DNA of 45,252 bases from Thermoprotei archaeon (GTDB taxonomy: Archaea > Thermoproteota > Thermoprotei_A > Sulfolobales > NBVN01). Where the stretch lies: assembly GCA_003661745.1 (NCBI GenBank), contig QMWS01000001.1, positions 1 to 45,252 on the forward strand, read 5' to 3'. The notes beneath the pieces are model-generated. The model did not search any database. It worked only from the letters and a program-made list of their open reading frames with translations, and was not told where the DNA came from. Shown here in pieces: positions 1-10,559 of this stretch (positions are counted from its first letter, which is position 1; each line of letters opens with the position of its first letter). The position numbers and the translations under genes were made by a program.

Positions 1-966
1 AGCAGGTTGATTATTGTCAAATATAGTAACCGCCATTGAAGAACCACAGGAACTCAAATCATAATTCCAGACATTGCCCGTCTTATTGGCACAAGCAACA
101 GAGTAAGAAATAACATGCTCCTCCTGCTTCTCTTCTTCCTCACTTACATTCTTCCCAGTAGAAGTTTTCTGAACCTCTGTAACTTTTTTGTTCAACTCCG
201 AAATCTGCCCAGATAACCTATCCAACATAGTTGTCAGATTCTCTATCTTACTATTCAAATCCCTAACTTGGTTCTGCAACCTTGTAATGTTCTCATCATA
301 ACTCTGCGAGACACTATGAGGTGGTTTTAAAGTCCACTTAGCAACAGGCAAAGTTATGTAAACAGGTTCAACGGATATGTTCAACATACACTTTGGTGAA
401 AGAACAATGTCCAACTTAGAACCCTCTATTGTAGAACCAAGAACCAACGCACATTCCTGTGGTTCTATCTCAACTTTGTATGTTGAAACATTTACAACCA
501 ATTCAGCTTGCTCACATTCATATACACCAGAGGTAACAGCTACACCACCAATGTACAAAGCATAGGACACCTGCTCAGTTTCAGAACTTGAACTCTCCTG
601 AGTAGTTGTAGTAGTAGTTTCACAAGGATTGGTAGATGTCAAACCAAACGAGGTTGAAAATGTCGTAGTAACAGTAACAACAGCAGCACCAACATCCGCA
701 AGTAGAACCTGCCCAACATACAAGGAGATGTCAGAATTTACTGAACGAGATGTATTTTCCGCAACAGTTCCTGACCAGTAATCGCTACAAGAGCGTTTCA
801 TTGTAAAGTATGCAAACTTCGTACCATTGTAAGTAAACACATCTTCAAGCTTCAATGCATAATCTGAAAAAACAATGTACTCTCCCCGTCTAACAGTTGC
901 AGAGTAGCTATCTGCAACAGCAACTGAAATCAATAACAAAACAATCGCAATACCTATGTGTCTCAT
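1..966 (-). CDS. surface/secreted glycoprotein candidate (partial, runs off window edge)
   Basis: Identical reverse-complement copy of 44287..45252 (see that entry). Confidence 0.8.
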   Translation of the reverse strand, partial: MRHIGIAIVLLLISVAVADSYSATVRRGEYIVFSDYALKLEDVFTYNGTKFAYFTMKRSCSDYWSGTVAENTSRSVNSDISLYVGQVLLADVGAAVVTVTTTFSTSFGLTSTNPCETTTTTTQESSSSETEQVSYALYIGGVAVTSGVYECEQAELVVNVSTYKVEIEPQECALVLGSTIEGSKLDIVLSPKCMLNISVEPVYITLPVAKWTLKPPHSVSQSYDENITRLQNQVRDLNSKIENLTTMLDRLSGQISELNKKVTEVQKTSTGKNVSEEEEKQEEHVISYSVACANKTGNVWNYDLSSCGSSMAVTIFDNNQPA

Positions 967-1019
967 AATTTCCCTATGGAAAATCACTTGTTTAAAAACC
1001 TTCTCTAAAAAATGTCTAA

Positions 1020-1799
1020 CTAAACCAAATAAGGATACAAGATGTTATACAAATGCCTCACAAACTCATCCTCTTCAAAAGGAACTCCTATCCTACCAAC
1101 CTTCTTGAACTTAAAGGCAATCTCATAAGGAGAATATCCCATTACAGGCAAAACAGGAAAAGATTTCGGAAACTTTATGAGAGTAACATCAAGTCGTTTT
1201 GCACGCCTATAAGCACTTCTCGTAAAAGCAGGTGCAATAATTATCAAATCGTAATATTCCTTGTTCCTAACCCTCCTACGATGTTTAGAATCTATATACG
1301 AAACCCCAACAGGATTTTCATACCTAATAGAAATATCAACAGCAACAAGCTTGGGACGAATATAAACATCTATCTTAGGAGAAGTATATGGTGAAACATA
1401 TATCTCCTTTCTACTTATTCCCAAATCATCCGCCAATTGATAACAAGCATCAACAAGTAATCTCTCTGCCTTTCTAGCAATCTCCTTATTTGCCTTATCA
1501 ACAAACTTGACAATCTCTTTTTTTTCATTGGCAAGTTTCTCCTTACCCACCCTATAATATATATTATAAGGATTAATCTCATCAGTATCATCAATAGGTG
1601 TCTTTGGTTTATGAGTCCTACCATACTCAATCATTTCAACCTTATCAGACTTGTAATAACCACGCAAAATACCAGAAGCAACTTCCTTATTTATCCCAAG
1701 CTTACGAGCAACTTCCCTAACATACATAGCTTCAGAAAACAGAGCATCAAGAACTTGTTTATACTTCAAACCAAGTTCAATGTCTTTCAAGGACACCAC
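1020..1799 (-). CDS. winged-helix DNA-binding protein with uncharacterised C-terminal domain
   Basis: Identical mirror copy of 43454..44233. Confidence 0.85.
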   Translation of the reverse strand: MVSLKDIELGLKYKQVLDALFSEAMYVREVARKLGINKEVASGILRGYYKSDKVEMIEYGRTHKPKTPIDDTDEINPYNIYYRVGKEKLANEKKEIVKFVDKANKEIARKAERLLVDACYQLADDLGISRKEIYVSPYTSPKIDVYIRPKLVAVDISIRYENPVGVSYIDSKHRRRVRNKEYYDLIIIAPAFTRSAYRRAKRLDVTLIKFPKSFPVLPVMGYSPYEIAFKFKKVGRIGVPFEEDEFVRHLYNILYPYLV

Positions 1800-2241
1800 C
1801 TATCTTACTATTAATATAATCCCTAAAAAATTTAAACCTACATAATCTCCTAAGCTCAAGATTGTCAAAATAACCATTTTCATAAAGCATTATAATATCA
1901 TCTGGTTCAAGAGTTACATACTCATCATCAACAACAACCGTAACCCTACCATGATGATTCTTTTTCAAACCCAACTGTCTAGCCTTGTTCAACACATCAA
2001 CAGAATCAACACCAAGATACTCAGCAATCTCATCCATTGTCATAACATTATAATTACTCACAAGAAAGCCAACCATTTCATCTGTCCATACTACCTTCCT
2101 CTTCCTCCTAATACCAAGTTCCTTAGCTTTAGCAACGACAGAATCAACACTCCTACCTATAAGCTCAGCAACCTTCTTTGCACCAGCATCTGGATAAACC
2201 TTCCTAAGAACTTCTATTTCCTCTTTGCTCCATCTTCTCAT
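1777..2241 (-). CDS. tandem Myb/SANT-like HTH DNA-binding protein
   Basis: Identical mirror copy of 43012..43476. Confidence 0.85.
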   Translation of the reverse strand: MRRWSKEEIEVLRKVYPDAGAKKVAELIGRSVDSVVAKAKELGIRRKRKVVWTDEMVGFLVSNYNVMTMDEIAEYLGVDSVDVLNKARQLGLKKNHHGRVTVVVDDEYVTLEPDDIIMLYENGYFDNLELRRLCRFKFFRDYINSKIGGVLERH

Positions 2242-2331
2242 AGTAGAACCTCGGTATCTCTCTACATATCAACCAAAGAGGAGTTTCCCTCCAAATTATC
2301 TTCAACCAAAATCCCCTATCAATTCCCCTCA

Positions 2332-2463
2332 TCATAACTCTCCTCTCTTAACCTTTTCGGCAATTGCTGAGAGCTTTGCACTCAATCTAAGCATTTCAAC
2401 CGCTATTTTATCCAAGCGAGTAGCTACATCTCGAAGATTTGTTATCAACTTCCCGTCTTGCAT
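2332..2463 (-). CDS. small coiled-coil protein (43 aa)
   Basis: Identical mirror copy of 42790..42921. Confidence 0.4.
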   Translation of the reverse strand: MQDGKLITNLRDVATRLDKIAVEMLRLSAKLSAIAEKVKRGEL

Positions 2464-2474
2464 TTCTATCCCAC

Positions 2475-2663
2475 CTATCCAAGTTCTACCTTGTCAATTA
2501 TTTCTATAATGTCCTCAACAAATTCCTTTCGCCATTTTCTTTTATACTTTTCAAGTGTCGAAACCTTGCCCTTACTCCTGAAGAATCGTTTAGCATTGTC
2601 AAAATTGCGTCCCCAAGCTTTTTCAATCATCAACATAATTTCCTCATACAATTCATCATCCAT
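2475..2663 (-). CDS. hypothetical protein (62 aa)
   Basis: Identical mirror copy of 42590..42778. Confidence 0.6.
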   Translation of the reverse strand: MDDELYEEIMLMIEKAWGRNFDNAKRFFRSKGKVSTLEKYKRKWRKEFVEDIIEIIDKVELG

Positions 2664-2895
2664 TACGCATCACCGCACTCTTGCTTACTATATCGTCGTT
2701 ACTTCCAATCAAAGCCTTCCGCACATTACGCATAACTATCTCTATTCCCTCCTCAAGAGCATCCCTGTATAAATTCAACAATATTTCTCGTGCTTTCCTT
2801 TCCTTCTCTTTTGGTATTCCTAATTCCTTCATCAAACTGTCCAAATATCTTTCAACTTTTGGATTAGATACTTCCGCCGCCGCCAATCCTCTCAT
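2656..2895 (-). CDS. hypothetical protein (79 aa)
   Basis: Identical mirror copy of 42358..42597. Confidence 0.7.
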   Translation of the reverse strand: MRGLAAAEVSNPKVERYLDSLMKELGIPKEKERKAREILLNLYRDALEEGIEIVMRNVRKALIGSNDDIVSKSAVMRNG

Positions 2896-2987
2896 CTCCT
2901 AAAACTTCTTATTAAGTAATATTGTCCGAGGTATTTATCCTTTGTCCTCAATTCTTTTAATTCCTCATACAAATTATCCACTCTCAC
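2892..2987 (-). CDS. possible small ORF (31 aa)
   Basis: Identical mirror copy of 42266..42361. Confidence 0.3.
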   Translation of the reverse strand: MRVDNLYEELKELRTKDKYLGQYYLIRSFRR

Positions 2988-2993
2988 AACCTC

Positions 2994-3449
2994 CTATCTT
3001 GCTAAACCTTCTTTCTTTAAAATTGAAGCAATGATATAAGCACGATTCCTTGCCTGATTGTAATCCAAACCAGACGAACTATCGTAATAAAATGCATTTC
3101 TTGTAATCAAAAATGCAACACCTTTATATGTCCAAACAACATAATTCTTATGTTTCTCAATTTCAACATAAAGTAAAGAACCACCCAAACTCCTTATGCG
3201 TCTCTGAGTTATTTTATCAATGTCAATCTCCTTAATATCAACCGGTTCAATCCTCAATCTATCATCATAGACATAGTAACGGTTCCCCGGATGGTAAACT
3301 TTTGCCGGTACAACCTTAATAAACGGAATAAGGACAAAATTACCCTTACGATATTCTATCCGAAAATAATCAGCTTTCATATCCTTAAAACGCTCTCTAA
3401 TTTCAGAAGGAACATATAACCATCTACCAACAACCTTCAAAAATTTCAT
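2994..3449 (-). CDS. SpoVT/AbrB-like domain protein
   Basis: Identical mirror copy of 41804..42259. Confidence 0.8.
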   Translation of the reverse strand: MKFLKVVGRWLYVPSEIRERFKDMKADYFRIEYRKGNFVLIPFIKVVPAKVYHPGNRYYVYDDRLRIEPVDIKEIDIDKITQRRIRSLGGSLLYVEIEKHKNYVVWTYKGVAFLITRNAFYYDSSSGLDYNQARNRAYIIASILKKEGLAR

Positions 3450-3493
3450 ATTTACAAAAAGGATATCACTTCAATAAAGAGATTTCGGTTCAA

Positions 3494-4024
3494 TTATTCA
3501 ACCTCAAATGCTACATAATCTTCGAAACCAGAACATTCCTCAATGTCATAAACATCCGCACTACCAATGACAACCTGCCCGTTAACAGCCAAAAGCACAG
3601 GCACAGTTTCAGAGAAACCTCTAACCTTTACATCTGAATAAAGATTTAACGGAAATCTCCTATAACAAGTTACCTTACCGCAACTTGCAACACAGACATA
3701 ATCTGCAATAGAAAACATCTCAGCATCTTCGATAGACGGCATACTACTGCAACTACGACAACCATGAATATGAACAGCAGCAACAGCATTTCCACACCTC
3801 CTAATCGTATCCTCAGTAATCACAGAAACAGGACCAACAGACAATGCAGAACCTTCTTCAAGAACAAAATACCTTCCATCCCGTTCACATACCAAAGCAG
3901 GATGTTCATCTAATGGAATATCTGAATATGTATCCTCCTTATATTTCTCCAAATAGCTCTTAATAGCACTTCTGACATCATTATAATACTCCATGCTCGT
4001 GGTCTCTTTCAACTGCCCGTCCAA
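3494..4024 (-). CDS. JAB/MPN-like metalloprotease candidate
   Basis: Identical mirror copy of 41229..41759. Confidence 0.8.
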   Translation of the reverse strand: MDGQLKETTSMEYYNDVRSAIKSYLEKYKEDTYSDIPLDEHPALVCERDGRYFVLEEGSALSVGPVSVITEDTIRRCGNAVAAVHIHGCRSCSSMPSIEDAEMFSIADYVCVASCGKVTCYRRFPLNLYSDVKVRGFSETVPVLLAVNGQVVIGSADVYDIEECSGFEDYVAFEVE

Positions 4025-4298
4025 TAACTGCCTTCTCTAACACCTTAACATTTTCACGCAAACTATCATAATCAACAGTATCCATCATAACAACAGATTC
4101 CAACCATGAAACAGCAGCACAGAAAGAAAAAGCATCCTCGACAAGGTCAGACATTGAATCTTTCTCTATATCCCTGAGCATACTCTCATAAGTACTGAAT
4201 ATCCTATCACAAGCACCTTTCATATTGTACTTATTACACAATGCCTGTATAACACCCTTCGCTACAGCAACTCTTAAATCTCTATCATCAAGGGACAT
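3981..4298 (-). CDS. Cys-motif helical paralog family member (105 aa)
   Basis: Identical mirror copy of 40955..41272. Confidence 0.75.
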   Translation of the reverse strand: MSLDDRDLRVAVAKGVIQALCNKYNMKGACDRIFSTYESMLRDIEKDSMSDLVEDAFSFCAAVSWLESVVMMDTVDYDSLRENVKVLEKAVIGRAVERDHEHGVL

Positions 4299-4620
4299 AT
4301 TGAGACCTAAAATTGGTTAAATCTATCACATTTGGTATCTGAGCAAATCCTCTTCCTTTCAAGTATTCTGCAAGTTTAATTGTAGTTGCATTTACATCCA
4401 TCTTCTCAGAGCGTTCCTTTATATCATACGGAGGATAATCGAAGTGCGATATAGCAGCACTTGCCTTAGGTCCAATTATGGATATAAATGTCAAATCTTC
4501 AACATCAGTCCAACCAACTCTCTCCAATAGTGGTTCATCATCTTTGTCAAACTTACAAACCAACGCAAGATACTCAGTTGCCTTGTCATATACCCTTGCA
4601 AGTTTACACTTCATCATCAA
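4288..4620 (-). CDS. hypothetical protein (110 aa)
   Basis: Identical mirror copy of 40633..40965. Confidence 0.75.
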   Translation of the reverse strand: MMMKCKLARVYDKATEYLALVCKFDKDDEPLLERVGWTDVEDLTFISIIGPKASAAISHFDYPPYDIKERSEKMDVNATTIKLAEYLKGRGFAQIPNVIDLTNFRSQYVP

Positions 4621-5083
4621 TCCCCTCCTTCAAATATTTTTCAAGTCCATATTCCTTTAAATGTTTTTCCCCAAACCACATCCACTCATCCCATTTTTTC
4701 TTAAACTCATATAACCTCATAAATCCTTTAACATGCCTAAATACACCAGTAATCAAAGGATTAGCTTCATTATAATACCCCAAAGAAATATCCTTCAAAA
4801 TATCCCTGAGAAAATTCCCATAATCAATATAACGATAACTGTCTGTCATCATCATCTTCCATACATCTCCACTTTCCAAAGAACCAACAAATCCCCACAC
4901 AGCATCCTTATACTTGTTAAACAACTCATATACCTCTGTACAAGCAGATTTACAAAATTCAGAATCATGATACCTAGCACAAATAGAATCACAAGAAGAG
5001 ATTATATCCTCTAACTCATTCATCTCTTTCTCAAGTACATCCCCCAGATACCGGATCCTCTTTATTCCAATAGCTAATACCAC
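4604..5083 (-). CDS. Cys-motif helical paralog family member (159 aa)
   Basis: Identical mirror copy of 40170..40649. Confidence 0.8.
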   Translation of the reverse strand: MVLAIGIKRIRYLGDVLEKEMNELEDIISSCDSICARYHDSEFCKSACTEVYELFNKYKDAVWGFVGSLESGDVWKMMMTDSYRYIDYGNFLRDILKDISLGYYNEANPLITGVFRHVKGFMRLYEFKKKWDEWMWFGEKHLKEYGLEKYLKEGIDDEV

Positions 5084-5415
5084 TATCTCAACTTCCTAGT
5101 AATTTCCCAATTATCCTCTAAATACTCATCAATCAAATAATAAATCTTAGTATCAATATCAAGCAAAGTTCTTGCATCATCATCAGAAACATTCCTCCTA
5201 ATAAATGACACATCATGACCCGCCAAAGAAGCAGATATCAAAGCTTTTGTAACATTTCCACTAGATATAGCTTCAACAAGCTCATCAACACTATTCATAT
5301 ACTCCTTACAAGCATTCTGAACAACTCTACCATACTTACTACACATCTTATTCAAACGCTCTCTAATCTTGCTCAGTTCGTAATTCAGCTCTTCCAAATC
5401 CATCCTTTCCACCAC
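5083..5415 (-). CDS. Cys-motif helical paralog family member (110 aa)
   Basis: Identical mirror copy of 39838..40170. Confidence 0.8.
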   Translation of the reverse strand: MVERMDLEELNYELSKIRERLNKMCSKYGRVVQNACKEYMNSVDELVEAISSGNVTKALISASLAGHDVSFIRRNVSDDDARTLLDIDTKIYYLIDEYLEDNWEITRKLR

Positions 5416-5749
5416 AGATACTCTTTATATAATCCTCAACAACCTCTGCATAACTCTTGTAAATATCCATCAAAGAACTAACAAACTCAGTAAGCTTACT
5501 ACATTCGAATGTAACATTCCTCAAAGAACCAATCAAACAACCAATGACATCTTCCTCTCCAAGACATTTCATAGTGTTACCAATGTAACGAGAAACATCC
5601 TTGCAAGAATACCATTGCCAACTACTCTGACTAAAGTAAGTGTTACAGGCATTATCAAATTCAACAGATAAATCCCATATCTTCGAGACAAATTCCTCTG
5701 GTGTCATCTCCATTCTACTCGCCCTCCTCAAATTCTCCTTCCTCTTCAA
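5363..5749 (-). CDS. Cys-motif helical paralog family member (128 aa)
   Basis: Identical mirror copy of 39504..39890. Confidence 0.8.
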   Translation of the reverse strand: MKRKENLRRASRMEMTPEEFVSKIWDLSVEFDNACNTYFSQSSWQWYSCKDVSRYIGNTMKCLGEEDVIGCLIGSLRNVTFECSKLTEFVSSLMDIYKSYAEVVEDYIKSICGGKDGFGRAELRTEQD

Positions 5750-6206
5750 CCGTTCTCCTCAACCAATTTGCATACTCACTAAAACATTCAACAGAACAGC
5801 ACTTCCTAAATACACGCTCAACAAGTACCTCATACTTCGAAGCACAACTCACAAGGTCTAAATAAGCTTCCACAAGCTCTTCCGTGGGTTTAACACTTAA
5901 TATTCCAAATAACAAAACATTCAAAGAATCAATAGCATCTATCATAGACCTAACTACATCCCCTCTTACTTCACTAAAAAACTCCTTAATTTCTCTGAAA
6001 GGTTCTAAAACCCATTCACAATCCACATTTGGATTGTACCATTTGTAAACCCTACAAGTCCTCCATACACAACGATATATATCATCAATCTCCTTATACA
6101 ACTGTTCTATCTCATCCAAACATCTTTCACTACAAGAATTACTCCTCACTACCCCACCTCTTCCTAGCACTAACATAAGCATCAAAGAATGTATCACAGC
6201 AGACAT
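5715..6206 (-). CDS. Cys-motif helical paralog family member (163 aa)
   Basis: Identical mirror copy of 39047..39538. Confidence 0.8.
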   Translation of the reverse strand: MSAVIHSLMLMLVLGRGGVVRSNSCSERCLDEIEQLYKEIDDIYRCVWRTCRVYKWYNPNVDCEWVLEPFREIKEFFSEVRGDVVRSMIDAIDSLNVLLFGILSVKPTEELVEAYLDLVSCASKYEVLVERVFRKCCSVECFSEYANWLRRTVEEEGEFEEGE

Positions 6207-6552
6207 CCATCAACTGTGCAAACGACTTCTTAAGTTCAAATTTAACTTTATGCAATTCATTCCAAATTTCCTTAAACTCTTCATCCCTCAAATAAATCCA
6301 AATAAAACCCTCAATACTCTCAGCAGAACTCACCACCTCATAACCTACAGAATAAGCATCACCCCTACCAACATCCTTAGCAACTGACTTCAAACTCCTA
6401 AACCAATATTCACAATCAGCTTCCCACTCTACAAACTCTTCATACCTTTTACAAAGATTAATAGCTCTATCATATAACTCAGAAACTTTCTCACGAAACT
6501 TATGTATCTCCTTCAAACATTTGTCATATTCTTCATCACTAATTACTACCAT
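6139..6552 (-). CDS. Cys-motif helical paralog family member (137 aa)
   Basis: Identical mirror copy of 38701..39114. Confidence 0.8.
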   Translation of the reverse strand: MVVISDEEYDKCLKEIHKFREKVSELYDRAINLCKRYEEFVEWEADCEYWFRSLKSVAKDVGRGDAYSVGYEVVSSAESIEGFIWIYLRDEEFKEIWNELHKVKFELKKSFAQLMDVCCDTFFDAYVSARKRWGSEE

Positions 6553-6932
6553 TAGAACTCACTCCACTCTTTCCCCATCTCCTCTCTCCATAGCTTTGAA
6601 TAAGGTTCTATACACCTATCTACCGTATATTCAAGATAAGAAGACAACGCCTTTGCATATTCCACCAATCCTAACGACGATAACCCAACAATAGCATCAA
6701 TCACATACCTTGCAAAATCTGTTTCACCATCCCACAACACATTCATAGCAGTATGTATATTATCCAAGGATTCCTTACACAATATACTCTCTCTTGAACC
6801 CGGTTCATACCTATTACAAACACCATCTTCCTTTAACTCACGAAGTAAATTCTTAAGCTCATACGACAACCCCTTCATAGCAGAAATACAAGAATCCACA
6901 TCAGAACGCCTAAAACAAATTTCCTCTACCAT
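6552..6932 (-). CDS. Cys-motif helical paralog family member (126 aa)
   Basis: Identical mirror copy of 38321..38701. Confidence 0.8.
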   Translation of the reverse strand: MVEEICFRRSDVDSCISAMKGLSYELKNLLRELKEDGVCNRYEPGSRESILCKESLDNIHTAMNVLWDGETDFARYVIDAIVGLSSLGLVEYAKALSSYLEYTVDRCIEPYSKLWREEMGKEWSEF

Positions 6933-6943
6933 TCTCTTACCTC

Positions 6944-7336
6944 CTACAATCTACTCTCTTCCTTCAAAGACTTCAGACATTCCTCAACATTATGCCTACA
7001 ACAGTCCCAGTACACAGACTTGAATGCAGATTCAAGACCTACTCGCATACCTATAAACCCATCATCATTCAACAACTCCGACAACGACCTAAAATAACCA
7101 CACACACCAACAAATTCCTCAAAAATAAATCCACTACCTCTTCCCATCTTATTCATCATATCATCAATATCCCCCAAAGCATGTTTACAATAAAGCGTTA
7201 TTGGTCCTTCAACACTTTTACACTTTTCTGCAACCTTAGCCCGTATATCTTTCAATACATTAAACAACCTTTCAAGAGCATTCTCACATTCCTTCTTTCT
7301 CCAATCTTCCATAATATCACCCCTCGATATATGCAA
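6944..7336 (-). CDS. Cys-motif helical paralog family member (130 aa)
   Basis: Identical mirror copy of 37917..38309. Confidence 0.8.
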   Translation of the reverse strand: MHISRGDIMEDWRKKECENALERLFNVLKDIRAKVAEKCKSVEGPITLYCKHALGDIDDMMNKMGRGSGFIFEEFVGVCGYFRSLSELLNDDGFIGMRVGLESAFKSVYWDCCRHNVEECLKSLKEESRL

Positions 7337-7613
7337 ATATTCTCTGCATTAAATCCCTTACAATATAATTTGCAGAAACATAATCACCAGCACGGATGTA
7401 ATCCTGAATTGCATAAACAGCAGAAGGGTCAATTGGAATATTACAGGCATCTGACAACCTAAGCAAGGATTCACCAAGTGCAGCTTCCCTGAAAAGAATG
7501 TCAAGGTTTTCAATTGGAAGATTAAACCTCAAAGCAACTTCCAAGGAACCCAAATCAACACCAACATCATACAAAGCCCTAACACATTCCTTTGACATCC
7601 TCATCTCTACCAC
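7317..7613 (-). CDS. hypothetical protein (98 aa)
   Basis: Identical mirror copy of 37640..37936. Confidence 0.75.
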   Translation of the reverse strand: MVEMRMSKECVRALYDVGVDLGSLEVALRFNLPIENLDILFREAALGESLLRLSDACNIPIDPSAVYAIQDYIRAGDYVSANYIVRDLMQRIFAYIEG

Positions 7614-7876
7614 CCATAAACCTCATAGTCCTTTGCAATCTTCTTACGAATAACACCACACGAGGCACCCGGATATTTATCAACAATATCCATACAAGCA
7701 TCAACCACATCTTCATATCTTCCGATAAATAAAACATCCTCCATTCTACCTTCCTTCTTTGCAAAGCAGAGTATCTTCTTTTCATCTAAAAAAGAGCAAA
7801 TCTCATCAACAACATCAGCAGGTGCTGATAAATGTCCAAACACTACATTACCAATAAGCTTTAATTCTGATTCCAT
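7607..7876 (-). CDS. hypothetical protein (89 aa)
   Basis: Identical mirror copy of 37377..37646. Confidence 0.75.
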   Translation of the reverse strand: MESELKLIGNVVFGHLSAPADVVDEICSFLDEKKILCFAKKEGRMEDVLFIGRYEDVVDACMDIVDKYPGASCGVIRKKIAKDYEVYGW

Positions 7877-7911
7877 AAAACCAACAACACACAGGGAGTA
7901 TAAAAATGTTT

Positions 7912-8679
7912 CTAAATCTCCTGATAATACTTCTTATCAAGGAAATCAATCACACATCCAAGAGTCCCTACATCACCACTAAACTTCAAATCAGTTCTAA
8001 CAGTAAAATGATTATAAGAAGTGTGGTCAATAAAGGCATCAACACTAACATCCTTAGCAAAACAATTACTAACACCAGCAACAATATCAGCAACGAAAAC
8101 ATCCTTATACTTCTCATAAAATTTCATAACAGAATCCCTACCCCAATCAAACTTCATAACCTCATCAAACAGATTCCTCATCAAAACACCGTAATAACGA
8201 ACATTAAACCTAATACGATTATCCTCCCGCTTAACTGTTCCACCAAGTGATTCAATCTCCTCTACAAATCCTTTAACAGCATCCTCTGGTATATTCTCAG
8301 GAACTTCAACCTCACAAGAATATTCCTCTCCATACTTCTTACAATCAGCAAGAGCAACCAAGCATTCCCAAGTATTCATTTCAGAAGATAAACATTTCTC
8401 AGCAGCAATATCCTTAAAATATTCTTCGGGAACAGTACCTGAGATAAAAGCACGGAACTTATAATCAACGAAGATTTTCCTCCTTCTAACATTCAAATGA
8501 ATGTCCTTTCCCTCACTATGACAAGTTACATCAAAAATACCGTGTCCTGTTTGATAAATGACATCACACACAAGTCCGTGTTTTTCCAAATTGTCTGCAA
8601 TTTCTTCCATATCATACCTACTAACCATTGACAATATCAAAAGAAGCCACAATATATAAAAGTTTGCAAAACAATACAT
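7912..8679 (-). CDS. hypothetical protein (255 aa)
   Basis: Identical mirror copy of 36574..37341. Confidence 0.85.
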   Translation of the reverse strand: MYCFANFYILWLLLILSMVSRYDMEEIADNLEKHGLVCDVIYQTGHGIFDVTCHSEGKDIHLNVRRRKIFVDYKFRAFISGTVPEEYFKDIAAEKCLSSEMNTWECLVALADCKKYGEEYSCEVEVPENIPEDAVKGFVEEIESLGGTVKREDNRIRFNVRYYGVLMRNLFDEVMKFDWGRDSVMKFYEKYKDVFVADIVAGVSNCFAKDVSVDAFIDHTSYNHFTVRTDLKFSGDVGTLGCVIDFLDKKYYQEI

Positions 8680-8690
8680 TATCTATAAAA

Positions 8691-9017
8691 TCAATCCGTC
8701 ATAGCCAGTGTCAAACCAAGCAATAACAAAGCAGCAGAATCAATAGCAATTGCCACTGGCGAAAATACATAAAAAGACCAACACAAAACAGCACCAACCA
8801 AAACAAAAGGAACCTCCAACCTTTCACCTAAAATAAAATATGACGACATAAAAAACACAATAGCTGAAATCAAACAGAACAACAAACCACAACCTTGGAA
8901 AAAACTATTCCTAAAAGACTCAGATACCACAGCAATTACATAAAAAAACCCAGCATAACTATACCAAAAGAAATCATACAAATACCAATTCCACTCCTCT
9001 ATAATCCTCATACCCAT
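8691..9017 (-). CDS. small multi-pass membrane protein (108 aa)
   Basis: Identical mirror copy of 36236..36562. Confidence 0.8.
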   Translation of the reverse strand: MGMRIIEEWNWYLYDFFWYSYAGFFYVIAVVSESFRNSFFQGCGLLFCLISAIVFFMSSYFILGERLEVPFVLVGAVLCWSFYVFSPVAIAIDSAALLLLGLTLAMTD

Positions 9018-9155
9018 ATATAACTCTAAATATCAAACATTTATAAAACTTTCCACAACATCAAGAACGGTTCCAGCCTACAACTCACCAATTTATATTC
9101 CTCCAACACGATTCCCATAAAAGTATTCTGCATTAATAAAACTTTCTCATATCAA

Positions 9156-9689
9156 TTAACAACCTGATTCACTACCAGCAGTATCTATTCTAGAACGATA
9201 TATCACCTCACTACATCCCGTAGCATTACCATAACAAATCATACCTATAACATATCCATGCTTCTTTCTATAACAGCTCCCAACACGGCAATCCTCATCA
9301 ACATATGCATAGCAGAATATATAGTTTTCAGGTTTCTTCACATTTCTAAAATAATACGAATCAGAAAACTTACTGAAAGCCTCCAAGTATACTGGTGTCA
9401 TATTAGTGTATGTCTTATTATCAACAATACACACTATACCACGAACAGCAATAGTTCCGTTAAAAACACAAATTCCCGGAGTTCTAAACGAAACCAACAA
9501 ACCATTATTGAAAAACCGTATCTCTTCAAGAGGTTCATCATATATAGCATATACGGCAAAATCCATCTTCTTCTCTGGTTTCTCAACAGGTTTTTTATAA
9601 GAACTAAACAAAGACACAATAGAAATCATCAAAATAACCAAAGCAAGAAGTGCAAGATGCTTAAGTTTCTTCATTTCATTCTCTTCCAT
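9156..9689 (-). CDS. N-terminally anchored/secreted Cys-rich protein (177 aa)
   Basis: Identical mirror copy of 35564..36097. Confidence 0.85.
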   Translation of the reverse strand: MEENEMKKLKHLALLALVILMISIVSLFSSYKKPVEKPEKKMDFAVYAIYDEPLEEIRFFNNGLLVSFRTPGICVFNGTIAVRGIVCIVDNKTYTNMTPVYLEAFSKFSDSYYFRNVKKPENYIFCYAYVDEDCRVGSCYRKKHGYVIGMICYGNATGCSEVIYRSRIDTAGSESGC

Positions 9690-9691
9690 AT

Positions 9692-9934
9692 TTACACCTC
9701 CACAGACACACCTCTAAACAATACAACAGTTTCACCATCCATCCTACCACATTTAATCCACAACCTCTTACCCTTTATCTGCTTCAACACATACACAACA
9801 TTGTTTATAATCCTAAACTTTCTACCTCCGAACTCAAAATACTTTCCAACATTGAAATCATAAAGATAAACCCTGTAATACCTACCATTAAACCGCAACC
9901 AAGTTAACATTCTTAACACCATCCACAACCTCAT
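9692..9934 (-). CDS. hypothetical protein (80 aa)
   Basis: Identical mirror copy of 35319..35561. Confidence 0.6.
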   Translation of the reverse strand: MRLWMVLRMLTWLRFNGRYYRVYLYDFNVGKYFEFGGRKFRIINNVVYVLKQIKGKRLWIKCGRMDGETVVLFRGVSVEV

Positions 9935-10559
9935 AAATAAGCTTAGAATCAGTATTCATTGAATACTTAACAGCACGATAAGCTCTCAAAATAGGATTCA
10001 CAACCCCCATCCTATCAAGAACAGATTTGACATAGGCAACAACCTTAGGTGCATAATCCCTTGGGTTATACCCAGCAAGAGTTAGCAACTTATATGTCAT
10101 AGAAACATACTTTTCCAAAAAATACGATGTCAGGGGAGCAACATAAGAAAAAACCATAACATTCTTCAACCATTTCTTAAAATAAAATGTTCTCTTAAAC
10201 TCATAAACAGAACCATCAACAGAATCAAAAAGACCTAACCCCCTTGGAACATACAACCGATACAAACCACATTTAGGTTTATAGAGCTTCAATTCACCTT
10301 TAGAATCATAACAAATACCAAAAGATTTCATATCTCTATCAAGAAGGACAAACTTAAACCTCTTCTTATACCTTCCAAGTTCAGACACAATAACCTTATA
10401 ATCTGGAAAATAAATGAACCGATTCTTATATACAAAAATCCACCAATCGAAATCCTCCTCTGAAACATTTCTCTTTGGTTTATGCTTTCTTACCCTCTTA
10501 GCACCAAAAAACTTAATCAAATCATCAATTGGATATCCTACTTCTTCCTTACGAACCAC
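9888..10559 (-). CDS. hypothetical protein (223 aa)
   Basis: Identical mirror copy of 34694..35365. Confidence 0.85.
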   Translation of the reverse strand: MVRKEEVGYPIDDLIKFFGAKRVRKHKPKRNVSEEDFDWWIFVYKNRFIYFPDYKVIVSELGRYKKRFKFVLLDRDMKSFGICYDSKGELKLYKPKCGLYRLYVPRGLGLFDSVDGSVYEFKRTFYFKKWLKNVMVFSYVAPLTSYFLEKYVSMTYKLLTLAGYNPRDYAPKVVAYVKSVLDRMGVVNPILRAYRAVKYSMNTDSKLIYEVVDGVKNVNLVAV